A stretch of 64,000 bases of DNA, from contig JBEKIG010000003.1 in the NCBI GenBank assembly GCA_050011875.1, positions 96,001 to 160,000 of the forward strand, read 5' to 3'. Shown here piece by piece: positions 58,267 to 64,000 of the stretch. This stretch comes from Nitrososphaeria archaeon. Lineage in GTDB: Archaea; Thermoproteota; Nitrososphaeria; JACIWG01. A model generated the notes under the pieces. That model did no database searches, had not been told where the DNA came from, and saw only the letters and a program-made list of their open reading frames with translations. Positions within the stretch are counted from its first letter, which is position 1, and each line of letters opens with the position of its first letter. The position numbers were made by a program, and so were the translations under genes.

Positions 58267-58573
58267 CATTCAACCTAAGGCTTTCTTCACCCAAATGTAG
58301 ATAGTTGCACGCTCAAACTTCTTTTTTCTAAAAAACCCAAGAGCTCTGCGATTAGTTCAGAAGCCCCTTTCACTTAAATCAAATAAAGTTGCATTTACTT
58401 TTCAAAGATCTGGCGTAGATCTGGAATCTCCAATTATTACCTTATTTCAACTTCAACGGGAAATTCCTTATTATTTATTGCGTCAGCGGTATAATAATAT
58501 ATTTAATCAGCTGGAGGACAGACAAAAAAAGAAAAAAGAAAGAAGAAAGTTATCTTTTCTCTTTCTTCAAGAT

Positions 58574-60937
58574 CTATTCTTTCGTTAAGAGCCTTTTTAG
58601 TTCAGAAAGGCTTGACAGTATCAGTTTTTGTTCAACACTTGCTACAAGCTTCTTTGTTGTTACAACTGTGTCAGGGTTGACCGATACACTGTCTATTCCG
58701 TTCTCAACAAGGAATTTTGTTATCTCAGGGTACACCGATGGAGCTTGTCCACATATGCTTACTGTAACGTTGTTTTCGTGTGCAACCTTAATCAGGTGGG
58801 CGATTGACCTTAGCACTGCCGGATCTCTTTCATCAAAGTATCCCAGATTGCCTAGTATGCCGCTGTCTCTATCCGCACCAAGGGTCAGCTGTGTAAGGTC
58901 GTTTGATCCAATGCTGAAACCATCGCAGAGTTTACTAAATTCGTCTGCTAGCACCACTATTGAAGGTACTTCTGCCATTAACCAGAGTTTGAAATCTTTA
59001 CTTCTTTTAAGGCCTTCTTCACTCATTATTTTTACCGCCTTCTCGACTTCCCATGTCGTTCTAACGAAGGGTAGCATGAGCCAAACGTTCTTGAGACCCA
59101 TTTCATCTCTTACTTTCTTCATAGCTTTGCATTCTAGTCTAAAGCCCGGTTCGTACTCTGGACTGATGTACCTTGAGACACCTCTCCATCCAATCATCGG
59201 GTTGTTTTCTTTAGGCTCATATTTCTCGCCACCTTTTAGAGCCGCATATTCGTTTGTTTTGAAGTCGCTCATTCTTACAACAATTGGTCTCGGGTACACC
59301 GCGCCCGCCACCTTAGCTATGCCCTCCGCGAGTTTGTCAACAAAAACCTGTGACCTTCCCTGCTCAATAAGTGACAGCGGGTGTTCACCCACCCAATCTG
59401 CGACGATGAACTCAATTCTCATAAGTCCTATTCCATCGAATGGTAGATCCTTGTATTCGTCTGCTTTTCCAGGGTCTCCAAGGTTCATGTACACTTTTGT
59501 TCCAGTAATCGGTACAGCATTTGCTATTACCGCTGTAGCTGCTACAGCTTCACCTTTCACTTCAGGCTTTTCCTCCTCTATTATTCCCTCATAGATTATT
59601 CCTAGAGCTCCGTCCATTGAAACTTCCTGTCCCGTTTTCAGTACTTCAGTTGCTCCCTTAGTGCCTACGACGCAGGGCACACCTAGTTCCCTTGAGACTA
59701 TTGCAGCGTGAGCGGTCATACCTCCACCGTTTGTTATGATCCCCGCCGCTTTTCTCATAGCAGGAACCCAGTCGGGAGCGGTCATTTCAGTAACTAGAAT
59801 CTCACCTTCCTTGAAGTTTGCGATGTCCTTTACGTCCATTATAATATTGACCTTTCCTGAAGATCTACCTGGTGAAGCACCTAGTCCCCTTATCAAGACT
59901 TTCGCTGTCGATGCTTTGACTTTGGCGACCTCTGCTGTAGTCACCTTCGAAGACCATACAGTCTCAGGCCTAGCTTGAACAATATAGAGTTTGTTTGTGT
60001 CCGTGTCAAGAGCCCATTCAATATCCATGGGTCTGCCATAGTGTTTTTCTATAAGGTCAGCATCTTTACCTAATTCGATTACTTGTTCGTCAGACAGGCA
60101 TGGTAGGTTCTGTAGATTCTTTGGAACTTCGACCTCTTTGCTGAATCCATCTATACCTTTTCCTTTTATTGTCATCAGGTTCTTCTGAGAGATATTCGCC
60201 TCAAGTATTTTGAAGCTACCCTTCTCCACCACCCATCTGTCTGGGTCAACATGACCTTGAACAACAGACTCCCCTACACCCCAATCACCTTCGATTATAA
60301 TCGCGTTCCTGTCTCCTGTCACCGGATTTAGCGTGAACATCACACCTGCGGTCTTGCTGTTGATCATCTTTTGCACACCGACTGAAAGCTTTACTTTAAA
60401 GTGATCGAACCCTTTTTCAACCCTATACGAGATTGCTCTCGGCGTAAAAAGTGAGCTGATGCATTTCTTTACGCTTTCTACGAGAGCGTCTCTTCCTTGT
60501 ACAAACAGGTAGGTGTCTTGTTGTCCCGCAAACGACGCCGTCGGAAGGTCTTCGGCTGTAGCGCTACTCCTAACCGCTACCTCCGGATTGTTGATCCCTA
60601 TCTTCTTTCCCAACGCTCTATAGTGTTCCATAAGTCCGTCTTCTAGAACCTTTGGAAATTCGCACGATTCGATCAGAGCACGGATCTTCTTCGATGTTTC
60701 AGTGAGCTTTTCTAGGTCATTAGTATCCACTCCTGACAGCAGTCCTACAATCTTTGGTGCAAGATTGGAAGCTTCGATAAAACAATCGTATCCCGTTGAA
60801 GTCAGAGCAAATCCTGGTGGAACCGGTATTCCAGCGTTTACCATTTCACCCAGGCTTGAATTCTTTCCTCCAACAAGCGCTACGTCTTCCCTCCTAAGTT
60901 CCTCAAAATCTAAATAAAATTTTTCTTTTCTGGACAT
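58574..60937 (-). CDS. ppsA: Phosphoenolpyruvate synthase
   Basis: VGGKN.SLGE, AVRSSATAEDL..ASFAGQQDT, TAHAAIVSRELG, DFKTNEY, SIGSNDLTQ, ICGQAPS. Confidence 0.97.
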   Translation of the reverse strand: MSRKEKFYLDFEELRREDVALVGGKNSSLGEMVNAGIPVPPGFALTSTGYDCFIEASNLAPKIVGLLSGVDTNDLEKLTETSKKIRALIESCEFPKVLEDGLMEHYRALGKKIGINNPEVAVRSSATAEDLPTASFAGQQDTYLFVQGRDALVESVKKCISSLFTPRAISYRVEKGFDHFKVKLSVGVQKMINSKTAGVMFTLNPVTGDRNAIIIEGDWGVGESVVQGHVDPDRWVVEKGSFKILEANISQKNLMTIKGKGIDGFSKEVEVPKNLQNLPCLSDEQVIELGKDADLIEKHYGRPMDIEWALDTDTNKLYIVQARPETVWSSKVTTAEVAKVKASTAKVLIRGLGASPGRSSGKVNIIMDVKDIANFKEGEILVTEMTAPDWVPAMRKAAGIITNGGGMTAHAAIVSRELGVPCVVGTKGATEVLKTGQEVSMDGALGIIYEGIIEEEKPEVKGEAVAATAVIANAVPITGTKVYMNLGDPGKADEYKDLPFDGIGLMRIEFIVADWVGEHPLSLIEQGRSQVFVDKLAEGIAKVAGAVYPRPIVVRMSDFKTNEYAALKGGEKYEPKENNPMIGWRGVSRYISPEYEPGFRLECKAMKKVRDEMGLKNVWLMLPFVRTTWEVEKAVKIMSEEGLKRSKDFKLWLMAEVPSIVVLADEFSKLCDGFSIGSNDLTQLTLGADRDSGILGNLGYFDERDPAVLRSIAHLIKVAHENNVTVSICGQAPSVYPEITKFLVENGIDSVSVNPDTVVTTKKLVASVEQKLILSSLSELKRLLTKE

Positions 60938-61056
60938 TCTATATCATCGGTTTTGGCTCAAAATAACTGATATATAAACATCTTATTTTTTCAGTCCGAT
61001 CTTTGAAGAAGATCGCTTCTACTGGAGGACGTTCATCGAATCGCCTATGGAATGAT

Positions 61057-62577
61057 CTAGAGCTCCATTTCACTGAAAATTTTTGTAGCGGAATACAAGA
61101 AGAAGACCGTTACTATGATAGCGTAGACGATGGAAAAAAGCGTCAGGATCAAGATATAGAGATCTGATAGATTAAGTATTTGGACGATAAAGGAAGGAAT
61201 AAGAATTGGTAGTGAAATCAGCACGAAAAAAAGCATTCCCATCATGTATACGTATGGTGTGAATAACTTCCTTTTTACAGTCCAGATACCGTAGAAGGTG
61301 CCTAAGGCGGAGTTGGATAAAGAGAGAAGAACAGAGGATAGTATCAAGCCTATGCTTAGGTAACCTGTCCATAACGAGCCTATTATGAGGGCGATCGCCA
61401 ACATGGGAAGATAGAGTAGCAGTTGCCAAAGGAAGACACTAAAAACATAGGATTTTACCTTGCAAGAAAAGGTCTTCAAGATCCAGAAATAGTCACCGAA
61501 TTCGGTTATCCACAGCTGTGCAAGAATAATCGGGAAAAAGATCGGTATGAAAAGTATTACGAAAGAATTCATTTGAATGCTCTGGAATTCGAGTGCCTTT
61601 GAAGTTATAAAAAGGTAAGGAAGGTTTAAAAAAATGAATGTCAATAGAAGGCCGTACAGATCTCCGAAACGTAATGTTCTTACAAGTGATTCCTTAACGT
61701 GGAATAAAACTGTACTTTTTGGAGCCTGTTCAAGGGACACTGGTATTGAAAAACGATTCATCTGCTTCAGGAGATTCTGCTGCTGTTGTACCTGATATCT
61801 GAAGCTCGTGTCAAACGCGGCTCTTAATGGAATAACCTGTGCGTAAGGAATAAAGTTCAGCGAAGATGCTTTTTGCCATAGAAAAAGAGAGAAAATAATC
61901 CAAAAGCATACTGAAATCACAGGGGCAACAGCCAAGATTCCTACAGGGTTGGCTAACAATTCTTGAGCAGAACCTACTGGAGAAATCAGATTAGCTACGT
62001 ATGGTACACTGTGATATATCAGTAGAAAAGGTATCGGAGCACAGAATGCGATCAGGACAGCCGTAACCAAAACTCTAACCAGGCTGCGATTGTAGAAGAT
62101 TATTAAAACCTTAAAACTATTTTCTAATACAACTGAAATGCCTAAAATAATAAAGATTAACATAAAAAAGAGAATATAAAGAACCTTCAACAATAAAATG
62201 ATAACAATAAATGAGATAAAAAAAGGGAGGCAGAGTATGAAGAGAATAAGGGTGAGATCGTACAAGGTCTTTGCCACGAAGAACTGCCGCGCATTTATGG
62301 GCGCAGAAAAAATGAAATCTCTCTCATAGTCGATAACACTTATCTGGCTTATCAAGGAATAGAAAAGGAAAAGAACAGGAAGAAGATAGAGAACAGGATA
62401 CTGCAAGACAATTTGAACTAGTATGTCCTTAGATGAGCCGTTTCCACTCAAAATTAGGGGGATGATCCCTAACCCGGACAACGAATATAATAGAAATAGC
62501 AGGAGGGCGGCTTTAGACCTCCTAAATGAACCGAATGACGCAACAAGTCTCATTAAATAAATTTCTTTTATTGCCAA
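61057..62577 (-). CDS. ABC-2-type exporter membrane protein
   Basis: Many TM helices; lies directly downstream of an ABC ATPase gene. Confidence 0.7.
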   Translation of the reverse strand: MAIKEIYLMRLVASFGSFRRSKAALLLFLLYSLSGLGIIPLILSGNGSSKDILVQIVLQYPVLYLLPVLFLFYSLISQISVIDYERDFIFSAPINARQFFVAKTLYDLTLILFILCLPFFISFIVIILLLKVLYILFFMLIFIILGISVVLENSFKVLIIFYNRSLVRVLVTAVLIAFCAPIPFLLIYHSVPYVANLISPVGSAQELLANPVGILAVAPVISVCFWIIFSLFLWQKASSLNFIPYAQVIPLRAAFDTSFRYQVQQQQNLLKQMNRFSIPVSLEQAPKSTVLFHVKESLVRTLRFGDLYGLLLTFIFLNLPYLFITSKALEFQSIQMNSFVILFIPIFFPIILAQLWITEFGDYFWILKTFSCKVKSYVFSVFLWQLLLYLPMLAIALIIGSLWTGYLSIGLILSSVLLSLSNSALGTFYGIWTVKRKLFTPYVYMMGMLFFVLISLPILIPSFIVQILNLSDLYILILTLFSIVYAIIVTVFFLYSATKIFSEMEL

Positions 62578-62583
62578 AATTGT

Positions 62584-63423
62584 CTACAACCTTCTTAGAC
62601 GACTTAAGAAACTCTTCTTCTGTTTCGACGGTGATTCAGTATTTTCCTGAACAATAGATTCCTTCGTCAAAGAAAGGAAAAGCTGTTCAAGAGTAGTATC
62701 TTTACCCGCGTGTGCAAGATCTCTGAGCTCTTGCAGGTTCCCTGTTGCAACATTCTTTCCCCTACTTATTATTGCGACCCTATCACAGAATCTTTCTGCA
62801 AGGTCTAATAGATGTGTAGATAAGAGAACGGAGCAACCTGATTCTACAAGTTCTTTTATTATCGACTTCAGTTCAAATTGACCCTCAGGATCAATGCCTA
62901 TAAAGGGCTCATCCAAAAGCAGAATTTTAGGATCTTCCAAAAGAGTTGACGAGAAGACGAGTTTCTGTTTCATACCCTTCGATAGGGAAGTGATAAGGCT
63001 TTTCTTCTTTTCAAAAAGATTGAATTTACTAAATAGCTCGTCAATCCTTTTCCTTAAGACATCTTCAGGAATGTTTCTTATTCGACCAACATAATACAGA
63101 AATTCATAAGAATTCAAGTACTCAGGAATAGTCGCGGCCTCTGGGACGTAGCCTAAATAACTCTTATATTTAGAAACTTCTTTGTCTATGTCATATCCTA
63201 CAACATTTACAGTACCCTGATCTTTCTTCACTAAACCTAGGATTATCTTAATGGTTGTGGTCTTCCCTGACCCATTAGGACCGATAAGTCCTAGGACTTC
63301 ACCCTTATTCATGTACAAAGATAAACCGTTTAATGCCGGCACTCCATCATATGCTTTCCACAGGTTATAAACGTAAAGTGTCGCAAATGTAGGGTCGTAT
63401 TTTTCGAATATGTTATTTAACAT
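62584..63423 (-). CDS. ABC transporter ATP-binding protein
   Basis: GPNGSGKTT, LSKGMKQK, LLDEP, STH. Confidence 0.95.
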   Translation of the reverse strand: MLNNIFEKYDPTFATLYVYNLWKAYDGVPALNGLSLYMNKGEVLGLIGPNGSGKTTTIKIILGLVKKDQGTVNVVGYDIDKEVSKYKSYLGYVPEAATIPEYLNSYEFLYYVGRIRNIPEDVLRKRIDELFSKFNLFEKKKSLITSLSKGMKQKLVFSSTLLEDPKILLLDEPFIGIDPEGQFELKSIIKELVESGCSVLLSTHLLDLAERFCDRVAIISRGKNVATGNLQELRDLAHAGKDTTLEQLFLSLTKESIVQENTESPSKQKKSFLSRLRRL

Positions 63424-63533
63424 GACGCCACTTGCTACGACTCGAAATATAAAAAATCTTGTGGCGTGTTAATTTTACCTTATTCAAGGAATTTTATACA
63501 TCTGAGCTACGAAATCTCTTAATGTTTTTCGAA

Positions 63534-63815
63534 CTACTCCTTTACTTCCACGAATAGGTTAGGGTCAATTTCTTTGAGCATACCCAAGATTTCCTCGATT
63601 GCAAGAATAGAACCTTTTAGGTTCCAGCTTATTTTTTCTATTGAAGCTTTATTGAGTTCAGGTTCGATGGATATTATTGAAACAAACTTTTCTTTGATAA
63701 CGTAATATTCATAACTGTGCATTCTAACCTGATAACCGCTATCAACCAATTTTTTTCTGAGAAGAATACGTTTTTCCAGAAATTTAAAAGGGGAGGACAT
63801 CAAAGTTATTTTCAT
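63534..63815 (-). CDS. Hypothetical protein
   Basis: 93-aa ORF with a TATA-like sequence upstream; no family recognised. Confidence 0.5.
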   Translation of the reverse strand: MKITLMSSPFKFLEKRILLRKKLVDSGYQVRMHSYEYYVIKEKFVSIISIEPELNKASIEKISWNLKGSILAIEEILGMLKEIDPNLFVEVKE

Positions 63816-64000
63816 TTGAATTAATATTTAAGCATTGCACAAAAATATTTCAGTTTATAATATTTATTGCAATTATAATCGAATTCTTTAAAAAATATTG
63901 GGGCTGCGATCATGAAAGCTAACGGACTTTAAGCACAATGATCTTGGATTATTCTTGTTAACAACAGACTCATAAATTTCCAAAACAAAACATTTCACAA

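Noticed and set aside
58668-59594. 308-aa ORF on the + strand and the many other short antisense ORFs in the track
   Set aside because: They are shadows of well-supported genes on the opposite strand (here ppsA) and carry no recognisable motifs.

Overview
This is 64 kb of an archaeal chromosome, most likely an anaerobic or microaerobic TACK-lineage organism. That placement is inferred from the LysW-type Arg/Lys cluster, the archaeal ThyA and PGK, and TATA-type promoters; no database search was possible. From left to right it holds: (1) a corrinoid methyl-transfer module (ASKHA activator 3' end, ThyA, divergent MtaB, MtaC); (2) an HTH regulator divergent from glmS; (3) a catabolic cluster (URO-D family, cupin, LarA-like, Dpp/Opp ABC transporter, amidohydrolase, glycerate kinase); (4) the argG-argH-lysW-argX-lysYZJ-lrp-HCS-lysX-lysK cluster; (5) housekeeping genes, including htpX with an adjacent ubiquitin-fold gene; (6) tRNA-Gln(CTG) followed by a decayed integrative island (about 35.8-46.9 kb, possibly to 49.3 kb); (7) a pterin/stress cluster; (8) galT-like, pgk, a bacterial-type gap, ppsA and an ABC pair. 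The island contains split or decayed tyrosine integrases, a HEPN gene, an intact oxalate-oxidoreductase-like operon, repeat arrays and an HTH/coiled-coil/Zn-ribbon gene. The best novelty candidates are the apparently CoA-independent OOR-clade enzyme with an altered active-site loop, the phased repeat arrays in front of the HTH-coiled-coil gene (a possible single-protein partition system), the htpX-linked ubiquitin-like protein, and the divergent MtaBC module. Family calls and reference-residue comparisons come from motif recognition and memory and need alignment confirmation.
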